64,000 nt of DNA. Origin: the human T2T-CHM13v2.0 reference genome, Homo sapiens. The DNA lies in NCBI RefSeq assembly GCF_009914755.1, contig NC_060947.1; one strand, given 5' to 3'. Below, piece after piece: positions 13,767 to 26,671 of the stretch (position 1 is the stretch's first letter; each line of letters begins with the position of its first letter). The translations under genes were made by a program, and so were the position numbers. The notes beneath the pieces were generated by a model, which saw nothing but the letters and a program-made list of their open reading frames with translations, was not told where the DNA came from and searched no databases.

Positions 13767-14087
13767 TTGGCATTAAAGGAGGAGGTTGAGAAAGACATAG
13801 GGGGAGACAGTTTATTCAAAATAATCGTAACAGGAAATTTCTCACACCAAGAGAATAATATCAACATTAAAGTACTAGAAGGTTATAGAATACCAAGCAA
13901 ATTTAACCCGAAGAAGACTAACCCAAGGCATTTAATAATCAGACTCCCAAACATCAAGGTTAAACAACAGATCCTAAAAACAGCAAGAGAAAATAAACAA
14001 ATAACATACAATAAAGCTCCAATAGGTCTGGCAGTACACTTGTCAGTAAAAACCTTACAGGTCAGGAGAGAGGGGCAAGAAATTTAA
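13767..14087 (+). pseudogene. L1 ORF1p fragment (RRM region)
   Basis: ...PRHLIIRLPNIKVKQQILKTARENKQITYNKAPIGL... matches L1 ORF1p; reading frame broken on both sides. Confidence 0.9.
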
Positions 14088-14774
14088 AGTGCTGAAGGAA
14101 AAATAAAAAACATTTACCCTAGATTAGTATAAGTGGAGAAAATATCCTTCAAGCATGAAGGAGAGAAAATATCTTCAGAGACAGACAAAACCTAAGGGAT
14201 ATCATCAACACAAGAACTGTTCTATGAGAAATGCTAAAGGGAATCCTTATATCTGAAAGTAAAGGAAGTAAATAATCAAGAAGAAATGATCTGAAGATAC
14301 AACTCACTGGTAATAGTAAGCACATAGAAAAAGAATATTATTAACACTGTAACTATGGTGTGTAAACTTATGAAGAGAGAACAAATAATGAATCAATCAA
14401 AAATAATGAACACAAACACTTTTAAGACAAAGACAGTACAATTAGAAATACAGGAAAACAGCAAAAAGCTAAAAATTCAGGGTACAAAGTTAAGGTTTAG
14501 TTTTTATTAGTAGAGTTTTTATTAGTTTTCTTTTTACTTGTTTGTTTATGAAAACAGTGTTAAGTTGTTATCAGTTTAAAACAATGGGTTATAAAGTTGT
14601 ATTTTCAAGCCTTATGGTAATTTCAAACTAAATATTAGACAATGAATACACACAAAAAAACAAGGAATTAAATTGTACCAACAGAGAAAACCACTTTCAT
14701 TAAAAGAAAGAAAGACAAGAAGAAAGCAAAGAATAAAGAGAAGACTACAAAACCACCAGAAAACAAGTAACAAA

Positions 14775-17700
14775 ATGGCAAGAGTAAGTTCATACTTATC
14801 AATGATAACACGGAATATAAATGGACTAAACTCTACAATCAAAAGACACAGAATCACTGAATGCATAATGAAACAAGATCCAATGATTTGTTGCCAACAA
14901 TAAACACACTTCACCTATGAACTCACACATAGATGGAAAGTAAGGAACAGGAAAAGTTATTTCATGTCAATTAAAACCAAAAAAAGAGTAGAAGTAGCTA
15001 TATTTATATCAGAAAAAAATAGATTTCAGGATAAAAACTGTAAGAAGACAGAAAGAAGGTCACTGTATAGTGATAAAGGGGTCAATTCAACAAGTTGATA
15101 TAATGATTGTAAATACATATGCATCCAACAGTGTATCACCCAGATATATAAAGCAAATATTATTATGTTTACAAAAGAAAGACTCCAAAAAATAAAAGCT
15201 GAAGGCTTGAACATGCCATTTTCAATAGTTTCAGAATTGGGCATATCTTCCAGACAGAAAAAAATATATATAAGACTTAGTCTGCACTATTAACCAAATA
15301 GACCTAATAGATATTTACAGGACATTTCATCCAATGGCTATGGAATACACATTTTTTTCTTCAGGACATGGATCATTCTCATGGATAGACTATGTTTGGT
15401 CACAAAGCATGTCTTGAAACATTCAAAAAATAGAAATAATACGAAGCATCTTCTCTGAACATGATGGAATAAAACTGAAAATCAATAACGAGTAATTTCA
15501 GAAACAATACAAACACATGAAAGTTAAAAAATATGCTCCTGAATGGCCAGTGGGTCGAAGAAAAAAGGAAGATTTAAAAAAATTGTTGAAACCAATGATA
15601 ATGAAATCACAATATACCAAATCCTATGGGATATAATGAAAGTATTACTAACAGGGAAGCATACAGCTATAAGTGCGTACAAGAAAATAGAATAAAAATT
15701 TTAAATAAACAACCTAATGATGCCTATTAAAGAACTAGAAAGGCAAGAGCAAATCAAAACCCAAATTAATAGAAAAAAATAATAAGAGAGCAGAAATAAA
15801 TAAATTTGAAATGAAAAAAGCAGTACTAAAGATCAATGAAACAAAGTTTATTTACTGAAAAGATAAAATGAACTAACCATTAGTCACACTAACAAAAAAA
15901 GAGAACATCTAAGTCAATATAATCAGTGATAAAGAAGGAGACACGACAACCGATACTGTCTACTATGAGCAAATGTATGCCAATAAATTGAAAAATCAAG
16001 AAGACATGTACTAATTCTTATGATCATTTCCATTGATGTTGAAAAATTATTTGATAATATTTAGCATCTCTTCATGAAAAAAATTAAGAAACTGGGTACA
16101 AAGGAACATATCTCAACATAATAGAAACCACATACAAAAAATCCATAGCTAGTATCATACTGAATGTGGAAAAACTGTAAGCCTTTCTGCTATGATCTGG
16201 AACACAAGGATGCTCACTTTCACCACTGTTATTCAATATAGTACTATAATTCCTAGCACAGCAATCCGGCAAAAGAAAGTAATAAAAGGCATCCAAATTT
16301 GGAAAGAAATAAGTCAAATTAACCTTCTTTGCAGATGATATGATCTTATATTTGGAGAACCCTCATGACTTCACCAAAAAAACCAGTATTAGAACTGATA
16401 AACAATTTCAGTAAAGTTGCAGGATACAAAATCAACATACAAAAGTCAGTGCATTTCTATATGTAACAGGGCACAAACTGAAAAAGAAATAAAAAAACAT
16501 AATCTCATTTACAATAGCTACAAGTAAAATACCCAGGAATTAATGGAAGAAGTAAAAAATTCTGTAATGAAACCTATAAAGCACTAATGAAAAAAATGGA
16601 GAGAACACCTAAAAAAGGAAAAATATTCTATGTTCATGCATTGGAAGAACTGATATTGTTAAAATGTTCATACTACTGAAAGTAACCTACAATTTCTATT
16701 CAATTCCTAACAAAATGCCAATGACATTTTTCACTAAAATAGAAAAAAAAATCCTAAAATTTGTATGGAACCACAAAATATCCAGAATAGCCAAAGCCAT
16801 TTTAAGCAAACAGAGCAAAACTAGAGATATCACATTATCTTACTTCAAATTATACGACAGAGCTATAGTAACCAAAACAGCATGGTACTGACATAAAAAC
16901 AGACACATAGAGCAATGGAACAGAATAGAGAAACTAGAAACAAATTCACACACCTACAGTGAACTCACTTGTGACAAAAGTGCCAAGAACATACACTGGG
17001 GAAAAGACTGTCTCCTCAATAATTGTGCTGGAGAAACTGGATATCCATATGCAAAAGAATAAAACTAGACTCCTATTTCCTGCCATATACAAAAAAACAA
17101 ATCAATAATGATTTAATAATTAAATCTGAGACCTCAAACTATGAAACTGCTACAAGAAAACCTTAAATACACTGTCCAGGCAATTGGACTGGGCAATGAC
17201 TTTTTTGAGTAATACCCACAAGCACAGGCATCTAAAGAAAAAAAAATGGACAAATGGGATACCATCAAGTTTAAAAGCTTCTGCACAGCAATACAATCTA
17301 GAAAGTGATGAGATAACCCACAGAATGGGAAAAAAACATTTGCAAACTACCAATCTGACAAAGGATTGATAACTAGAATATATAAGGAGCTCAAAAACAT
17401 TGTAGGAAACAATCTAATAATCCAATTTAAAAATGGGCAAAATATTTGAATAGACATTTCTCAAAAGAACACATACAAATGACAAAGAGGTATGTGAAAA
17501 GGTGCTCAACATCATTGATCATCAGTTAAATACAAATCATGCTTACAATGAGATATCATCTCATCCCAGTTAAAATTGCTTTTATCCAGAAGTCAGGTAA
17601 TAATAAATTCTGGCAAGGATGTGGAGAACAGTTTCCCACTGTTGGTGGGAATGTAATTTAGTACAACTACTATGGAGAACAGTTTATAAGTTTTTCAAAA

Positions 17701-17900
17701 AACTCAAAATAGAGTTACTGTAGGATTCAGCAATCTCACTGCTGGGTATATATCCAAGAAAAAAGAAATTAGTATACTGAAGAGATATCTGCATTCCCGT
17801 GTTTATTGCAGCACTAATCACAATAGCCAATTTTTAAAGCACTCTAAATGTGCCTCAACAGATGAATGGATAAAGAAAATTTCTTACCCATAGAAATGAA
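14775..17900 (+). pseudogene. L1 ORF2p (EN/RT) pseudo-ORF with stops, frameshifts and an internal deletion
   Basis: Endonuclease N-terminus NINGLNS, FADD, fragment 16664-16891 '[10 protein letters not shown]...AIVTKTAWY'. Confidence 0.92.
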
Positions 17901-19687
17901 TGAGATCCTGTCATTTGCAACAACATGGATGAAACTGGAGGCTATTATGGTAAGTGAAATAAACAAGGCACAGAAAGACAGCATCACATGTTCTCACTTA
18001 TTTGTGTGAGCTAAAAATTAAAACAATTGAATTCATGGAGACAGAGAATAAAAGAATAATTTGCAGAGGTTGGGAAGGGGAATGGGGTATGGCAGGGAAG
18101 TGGGGACTCTTAATGGGTACAAATAAATAGTTAGAAGAGTGAATAGGACATAGTATTTGCTACCCAAAGAGGGTGACTGTAGAAAAAATATTTTAATTAT
18201 GTATTTAAAAATAAGTAAAAGAACATAATTGAGTTATTTGTAACACAAACAATAAATGCTTGAGGTGATGAATACCTTATTTACCCTAATGTGATGATTA
18301 CACATAGCATGTTTGTTTCAAAATATCTCATGTAACCCATAAATATGTACACATACTATGAACCCACATAATTTAAAAATAAAAAAGCAGAGCATAAAAA
18401 TTTGGCAAATTTATGACCTGCCAATTTTTTTAGAGAAGAAATGTTATTTTCAGGAGAGAAATATAAGGGTACTGAGAGAGACCACTTGCTAAAGAGATTG
18501 GCACGGATAAAAGGGAGCCAGAGGCCAACAGTAAAGGTAATGAAAAAGGGCCCAAAGGCATTTCAAAGATGATTAAGGTCTCTGCTCCCATCACAGAACC
18601 CAAGGCTCAGAGAGATAGAATGATTTTGGTTGATAGGCCTGTGAAACCACTGCCCTGGGCCAACCAAAAACATCGTTCCCCCTATTCCAGCTGCAGATGA
18701 AGCTCAAATACACCCAGGTATTGTTAGGGTAGTCACTCTGAAGAGCGGAATTGTTAGCCTTGGTGGCTTCCATGTGGTGTTAATTCTGCAGGCTTCCAGA
18801 ATGTAAGAGCCACGAAGGGTTGGTGGTTTCCACCAAGATTTCAGAGAATGTGTCAGAAAGCCTGGGAGCCCTGATGGAACCCTGCCAAAGTGTTGGGGCT
18901 GCCACAGATTATACCCACTTGAGCAATGCTTAGTGGAGCTACAGGGGTGAGGCCACTGCTCTACAGTCCCCAGAATTTTAGAGTCACTGGTAGTGTGCAC
19001 CCTCAGCCTGGAAAATCCTGGGGACTCCATTCCTTGCACCACTGTGCCTCAGATGCAGAATATGTAGTAAAAGGAGATTATTTGGGAGCTTTAAGATTTA
19101 ATATCTACATTGCTGAATTTAAAACTTGTGTAAGGCCTGTCATTCTTTTATTTTGGTGGATGTTTTTCTTTTAGAATTGAAATGATTGTTCAATGTCTGC
19201 ATAACCATTGAATCTTGCAAGTAAATAACTTGTTTTGTTTTGTTTTACAGGATTATAGCTGGAAATAACTTACCTTGAGTCTCAGATGAGACTTTTTACT
19301 TTGGATTTTTGAGTTGATGTGAAGACTTTTTGGACAATTTGCATGAAATGGTTACATGCTGCATGTGAGAAAATGTAAGTTTTAGGGAGCCAGGGGTGGA
19401 ATGCCATGGTTTGAATATGGTTTGATTGTCCCCACCAAAACTCATATTGAAATTTGATCCCCAGTGTTACAGTGTTGGAAGGTAGGTCCTAGTGGGAGAT
19501 GTTTTGTTCAAGGGGGTGGATATGTCACTAGGGGTTTGGGACCTTTCTCACAATAATGAGTTCTTGCTCTTGTAAGAGTTGATGGGTTCCCAGGGAAATG
19601 TATTAGTTCTCAACAGAGTAAGTTGTTATAAAGCCAGGATACCCCTCACGTTTGGTCCCATTTCACATGCACCTATTTTCTCTTTGA

Positions 19688-20033
<346 letters not shown>

Positions 20034-21280
20034 CTCCGCTTTATTTTGATACAGCACAAAAGCCCTCTTTGGAAACTGAGCAAATGCTGGTGCCATGTTT
20101 CTGGTACAGACTAAAGAACTGGGAGCTAAATAAACCTCTCTTCTCTATGAATAACTCAGTTTCAGGTATTCCTCTGTAGCAACAAAAAACAGACACAGAC
20201 ACAGTCTATCATAATACACTTTCCGGCTACCACAATCTACATATTTCTTAAAGGCAAATTACACTAATTTTCACAGTCTTATCCAATTGTGGCATAAACT
20301 CAAAGTCAAGGATCTCATTATCAGCATTATGTTGAAAAGCAGAAATACCTCAAGCATACGATTGTTCTAAAAACTCTTGAACTAAAATAAGTTCTCTGTC
20401 TTTAGACCCCAAACTTACCATTGTTACATGGGGCTTAAATAGCTATCATAGTTACTACCATTGAAAAGGTGCAGAAAGAAAGGCACCTTGGAACACTGGT
20501 TCATTAAAAACTGTGCTAGAAACATGTAATGGCTTGCCACTGCTTAGGAGAGAGAAGATGTTCCTTGAATAGTTTTTAATTATGCTTTTGGGAATAGTTC
20601 TATAATCTGTTTTTCTTAGTGGCATTTGGCTCCACCTTCTAAGTCTTCCATATTTTTCATAAAATATGTCTTATGTTTGCTATTGAATAATTCCCTTATC
20701 CCACTGACTGCCAATAGAAAAATGATAGCCAGAAGCTTCTTTTCATTATGAATAATCCATATGACTATTAGCCCAGGCTGCTTTTGTAAATATAATTAAA
20801 AATTAAAATACTTTGTGGTTTTTAGTGAAACTTATTTGAAACCTTTTCATACCACATTCATAATTGTTTCTTAGATGTACCTCTCTCTTCTGTGGGAGTG
20901 TCAGGCTGCTGTAAGCCAACATTAAAAAAAATCTTAATAGTCATTTTATCTAGTGGAGGGGATCTTCTAGGAATGAATTTAAAGATTTTTGAGGTATTTA
21001 CAAAGGTTTTACAGTTGCAACTTTTATTTTATCTTGATCCTTAGACTATGATTCACTGGCTTTACTATGGTCTTTGCCCTTTAGTGTTTTTTACTTTCAA
21101 AACATTTTGTCAACTGAAGAGACTGTCCTGGGTCCCAATTTTTCTTGAAAATACTTTTCCTACTTACCTTTCTTTTGCAATTCCTTATCATAGTCTTCTA
21201 AAGTATGTTATTTGATATTTCCAAACATTCTGCCCAGAGTTCTTCTCTAGCCAGATTCCCAAATTTATTAGGTACCTTAA

Positions 21281-21321
21281 CTCTCTTCCATAGTACCTCA
21301 TCTCTCTTCCATAGTACCTCA
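21281..21321. repeat. Tandem duplication, 21-bp period
   Basis: ctctcttccatagtacctca at 21281-21300 and 21302-21321. Confidence 0.95.
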
Positions 21322-23809
21322 GGTGACAGTGCTAGCCAACTTTTGCCAATATGTAATAGGGTTTACATTTTTTTCCCATCTATCAGTCATGTTTTGTTCA
21401 CTATTCTTCTGATGTTTACTAACAGTCTCCTCATAACTTTTCCAGCCTCCAGCTAACATTTTATCTCAAAAGCAGAATACATTTTAGCTTTTCATTAAGG
21501 GCAACATTCTACTTACAGATATTAATTTCTGTGTCTGGTATCAATTGCAGAATATCAAAGCACCCAACACATGATAGTGTTAAAATACTATGAATATGAT
21601 TTCTAATGATTTTATGAGTTGTCTTCCCTTTTTTGTGCACTTCTTCAACAACGTGTGTTCTGCTGTCACTCCTGAAGTTACATGAATCAACAAGTTTCGC
21701 TGGGGCTGAAACATCCAAGATCATTGGTTTTACTGAAAGCATTGGCACCTTAGATGATATGACTGGAAAAGCTGCAGGCAGAATAGTCATTTTTTTCTAC
21801 ATATATTTTCTCCAGTAGGATATCAAGACTTCTGGTCTCCAAAATAACGAAGTTAAAATTGCTTTGCCTCTTAAGGCCTAGGACCAGATAGAGCACAGCA
21901 TTAATAAATTTTGTCATATTATATTTATAGTAGTAAGACACAAAACCATCTCAAATCCACGTGGAAGGGAAATAGACCACCTTTTCAGGAGAAAAGTGGC
22001 ATGCACTTACAGGAATGGGAAGAATTGTTGAAGGTCACATTTGCATGTGTTCCACCAGAGGTAGTGCATTATTATACTATGAAACACAGAAGAACAATTA
22101 ATGGGTTAGGACTTTGATGCTGTGGTTTCGGTTACATTAAAAACATCTTGGGTATGTTTAACTATAAAATGTTAACTAGAATTCAATTCACAAGAACTCT
22201 CAAATAATGGGTGTTTGTGAGACTTCAATCAATTTGGATAAGGCTAATAGAAAAATATGTTAATTCCAGAAAAAATATAATCCATAGGCTTCAGTTAATA
22301 GAGTGGCTAAAAAATAATTTAAAAATAAAAAAAAATCCATAGGCCACTTTAGAAATAATCCAGATTTAGTACATAAGCCATTTAGTCTTCTACACCTATA
22401 ACACATAAACCTTACATGCAGTATGAACTGCTTAGTGATGGATGACCCTGCAGGTCTATAGGGTTTTCAAAGAGGCATTTCATTAAGCTCATCTTATATG
22501 AGTTTGTATGTGATATAAACAAAGTAGACAGAGGAATTTTAGACAACTATTAAACAACACAAGTTGAAACAAAGTGTTTTTTGCTTAAGTGTCACTTAAG
22601 CACAACATTTAAACAATGTCTACCTACTTCTTAGGCATTCTTGTTAATCAGAGTTTTAATATATTTTGTGAACTCCACATTTTAAAATTAGTTTTATTCA
22701 AAGTACTTTATGTATTCTGAAATCTCAAATATGAATTAGAGATAAAATAAACCAAATGATTTTAAAGGCGTATTTCTAAAACTTAGAGAGACAAGCTAGA
22801 TAAAATCATAATTGAATTCAATTGAAGGTAAATTAAATTGATCAGAGCAGAGGAACAATTCTTGTATGCTGAAAAGAAGCCTTTATTCAGGATGGAATAC
22901 TAAAATGAAGTAATCTATTCAAATACCTTGAAATAAGCAACATTTCCCCCATCAAATTTAAACTAATTTACAGTACATCTATCTTTCTCTTGATACTTTT
23001 TCAAATATTTAAATAGCATTCAAAGTTGGGAGATAAATTTCTTCATTTCACTTTCAGAATTTGAGAAGAGTTTAACATTTTCTACTCTAATTCTTCATCC
23101 TGACATTTAAACATTAATTGATAGAAAAAATATATAAATTATGGAATTTATGTGTTTGTGATAGAATATCACAAATAAGTTGCTAAAGTAAGGAAGTATA
23201 TATGGCATTCCATGAAGAATTTTTTATATTTTCATTTTATTTTAAAATTATAACTATCACAATATTATGGGTGTAAGAATGCATAGGAAAGAAAAAATAG
23301 TGAAATCATAGCTGAATATACAGATATAACAAGTATGTGTCATGCAGTGGAAATAAAATTTTAGTTTCTGAAATTTTCATTGCATGTTAGCTATTTCTAA
23401 CTTGGAATACATATCTTTCATAGAATCAATACTATAACTGAAGGTAAATATCTCAGATAATGCAATATTTAAAACAAATTCTGCACAAAATTTGCTATCC
23501 CACTCCTAGACTTTAAGGATATGTTCACATTCTCCTGATTTTGGTATCCCATTTAAAATGTCATTATTCTGATTTCTGATATTAAGATGTAGAAAGACAT
23601 CTGTGTCTTACTTGCTCTCAGCCATCACTACATACCATAATGTAAACTTTCATGTTTTTCTCCCCTATATTTTATTCTACTTTTTGTTATTTAATTCATT
23701 TATTATATTATAATTTTATACATACACACGTGTGTGTACATATGTGTGTGTGTGTTATGACCTGTGCCTTTTTTCACATCTACCAGTTGCTGTTCTAGAA
23801 GTTCTAGTA

Positions 23810-23960
23810 GAGGAACTAGTCAAAAGGGAACCTATAAGCATAATGGAAATATTATATATCTTGATTTTGGTGATGGTTACAATGGTTACACACAGAATTG
23901 TACACCTAAAACCAGTGAATTCTGTGATATGTAAAATATTCCTTAATATAGCTAAATCTA
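23810..23960 (+). mobile_element. Old L1 (L1MD/ME-like) 3' terminal fragment
   Basis: 'atggaaatattatatatcttgattttggtgatggttaca...gaattgtacacctaaaaccagtgaatt'. Confidence 0.65.
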
Positions 23961-24297
23961 ACTTATAACTGGAATTAATTTTTACCATTGTTAAGTTTAA
24001 TTTTGAATTAATTAAATCTAACATTAATTGTCATTATTAACTAAATAGAAAACTAATGGTAGTTATTTCTTTGGTAATACTAAGAAAGGTGTGAATGTTT
24101 TCTACCAGATAATCCAATATGGTTCTCTTATAATGATAATTCAATTATTCTGTATACTTCTCATTATTTTCTGTACCACATTTTAATTATTCACGTTAGT
24201 GAAATTAAGTTCAAACACTTTATTATAAACAATGTCAAAATTATTCTTTGATTTAGCTACTTTCAACCATCAAAAAACTTTTCAAATCTTTCCTGAC

Positions 24298-24452
24298 ATA
24301 TATATATGTATATATATATATGTGTATATATATGTATATATGTATGTGTATATATATGTATATATATGTATGTGTATATATATGTATATATGTATGTCTA
24401 TATATGTATATATATGTATGTATATATATGTATATATGTGTGTATATATATA
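24298..24452. repeat. Compound (TA)n/(TATG)n microsatellite
   Basis: Direct reading, ~155 bp. Confidence 0.97.
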
Positions 24453-25009
24453 CAGGTTCTTTATGGTTTTACTATATGTAATAAGGATTAGTTAGTTAAA
24501 TAATTATAGGAAACTAAGAATGCTTTCTTTACTGAAAGATTACAGCAATCATAATTAAAACAGAATAATGCAGGCAGTACACAATGTGTTTCCTGGCATT
24601 AGAAAACACAAGCACAGACTGACTGAATAAAAATTCAGTAGCAATATAAGTTCAACTTGATGGTATTGAGGGTCCCTGCTTCAAATATTGAGATATTTAA
24701 ATGTAATTGGCCTAGATTTGTGTTATGTGAAAATTTGATTAGCATGCTATATAATTGTGTTTTGATCATTAATAAGATATAGAATCAAATAAAACAGCCA
24801 TTTGTCTCATAAATCACTTTATCAAGAATTAAATCAATATATTAATAATTACTCTTTGGATACATTTAAATATTTCTTCATCTGCTACCGTAATAGCTCA
24901 CATTATACTTAGTGGTCCTAAAGACACCTATTCTCATAGGTAACTAGATGTTTAATAATCCAGTTTAGACATTTTACTGGATATTTATCACAAAGTGTAC
25001 ATAGCAATA

Positions 25010-25160
25010 ATTGAGTATTATTTGGAATTAGACAGGTGCTTCAATTCTGTCTGCCATTTATAAGCTCTATAATGCAGGGCAAGGTACTTGTCTGAATAGT
25101 TCACCTGTAAAAAGCTGGAATTTATTTCTGCCAGTCTATGCTAATGTGAATGAATTCCCT
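25010..25160 (+). mobile_element. MIR relic
   Basis: 'tttggaattagacag...tctgccatttataagct...gggcaaggtactt...cacctgtaaaa'. Confidence 0.6.
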
Positions 25161-25707
25161 ATCTGTATTAGTGTCTTTTGGTTAGAAGTAAAAGAGGGCC
25201 TTGCTATATTGTCAGTAAGTCGTAATTTTAGAAACCATCTTGTTTGTTGAACTTCTCAATTTTTGTATGTAATTTTTCACAGAACCACTCTCCTTCTCCA
25301 TTGAATGTTCAAAGATTGTCAACAATGCTTCTCTTTATATTCTGAGATATTAATATTTTCAGATATCGTATGTATAATCAATGAGACTTTAATTCACTTG
25401 GAATGTGTAATTTCTCACATAGAATCTCTTGAATTACCTCATTTACCTATTCCAATTTTTGCCTCAATGTCTGTTTCACCTTCACTATATTGAAGTTGAT
25501 CTCCCTTGATAGAGAAAATGGAAGACAATTAAGAGGTGAATAAGTTTTCTTTATAGTTTTCAGCCCTTAATAAATGTGTCCCAAAGAGTGGACTAATATT
25601 TTCTTATTATTCTTGTATATACTGGTTTCACATTAAGTTTTATTTTACTGACAAGAAAGAAATGTTGCTAATATTCTTCTTTGCATGAATATATCATTAA
25701 TAGAACT

Positions 25708-26665
25708 ACTTTTTATTTTTATATATTTAGGGGATACAAGTGCTTTTTCATTATACACACACACGCATACACACGCATGCACACAGACACACACCCACGC
25801 GTGCGCGTGCACACACACACACACACACGTATATAATGTTAATGTGGTGGTCAATCGGGGCTTTTAGTGTAACCATCACTTGAACAGTGTATATTGTATG
25901 CATTAAGTAATTTCTCATCCCAAACCACCCTCCCACCCTTCTGAGATTCCAACGTCTATTATTGCACTATGTCCACGGGTACATATTATTTATTTCTCAC
26001 TTATAAGTGTGAACATGTGGTATTTGGCTTTCTTTTTCTGAGGTATTTCACCAAAGATAATGCCATTAATTCCATACATGTTGCTACAATGTGATATAAA
26101 TATATATACCTGCATATATATACACATATATGTGCATATATATACACACATGCACATAAATACACACATACATATCATGTTTTCTTTATCCAATCATATA
26201 TTTATATCACATTTTCTTTGTTCAATCATCAATTGATGGACACTTAGGTTCATTCCATATCTTTGGTATTGTGAATAGTACAGCAATAAATCTACAGTTG
26301 GAGTTGGGTTTTTTTTTACATAATAATTAATTTTCCTTTGGACATATATACCCAGTAGTGGGATTGCTGGATCAAATGAGAGATCCATATTTAGTTTTTT
26401 AGAAATCACCATAATGTTTTCCAAAGAAGTTGTACTAGCTTATATTTGGACCAAGAGTGTATAAGTGTTCCCTTTAATCCACATTATTGCCAACATCTGC
26501 TATTTTTGTCTTTTTAATATTAGCCATTCTGACTGCTCTAAGATCATATCTCATTGTGGTTTTATTTGCATTTCTCTGATGATTAATGACTTTAAGCATT
26601 TTTTTTTCATATCATTGCTGGCCATTTGTCTTCTTTCACAAAACGTCTGTTCAGTTCTATTGTAC
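25708..26665 (-). mobile_element. L1PB3/4-like 3' fragment with embedded (CA)n and (TACA)n repeats
   Basis: 'ggggcttttagtgtaaccatcac...taagtaatttctcatcc'; minus ORF 26194-26424 contains 'DPAIPLLGIY'. Confidence 0.85.
25753..25833. repeat. Compound (CA)n/(CG)-containing microsatellite
   Basis: Direct reading. Confidence 0.95.
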
Positions 26666-26671
26666 AATATT

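Noticed and set aside
24232-24495. Tyr/Ile-rich small proteins
   Set aside because: Artefact of translating the (TA)n/(TATG)n repeat
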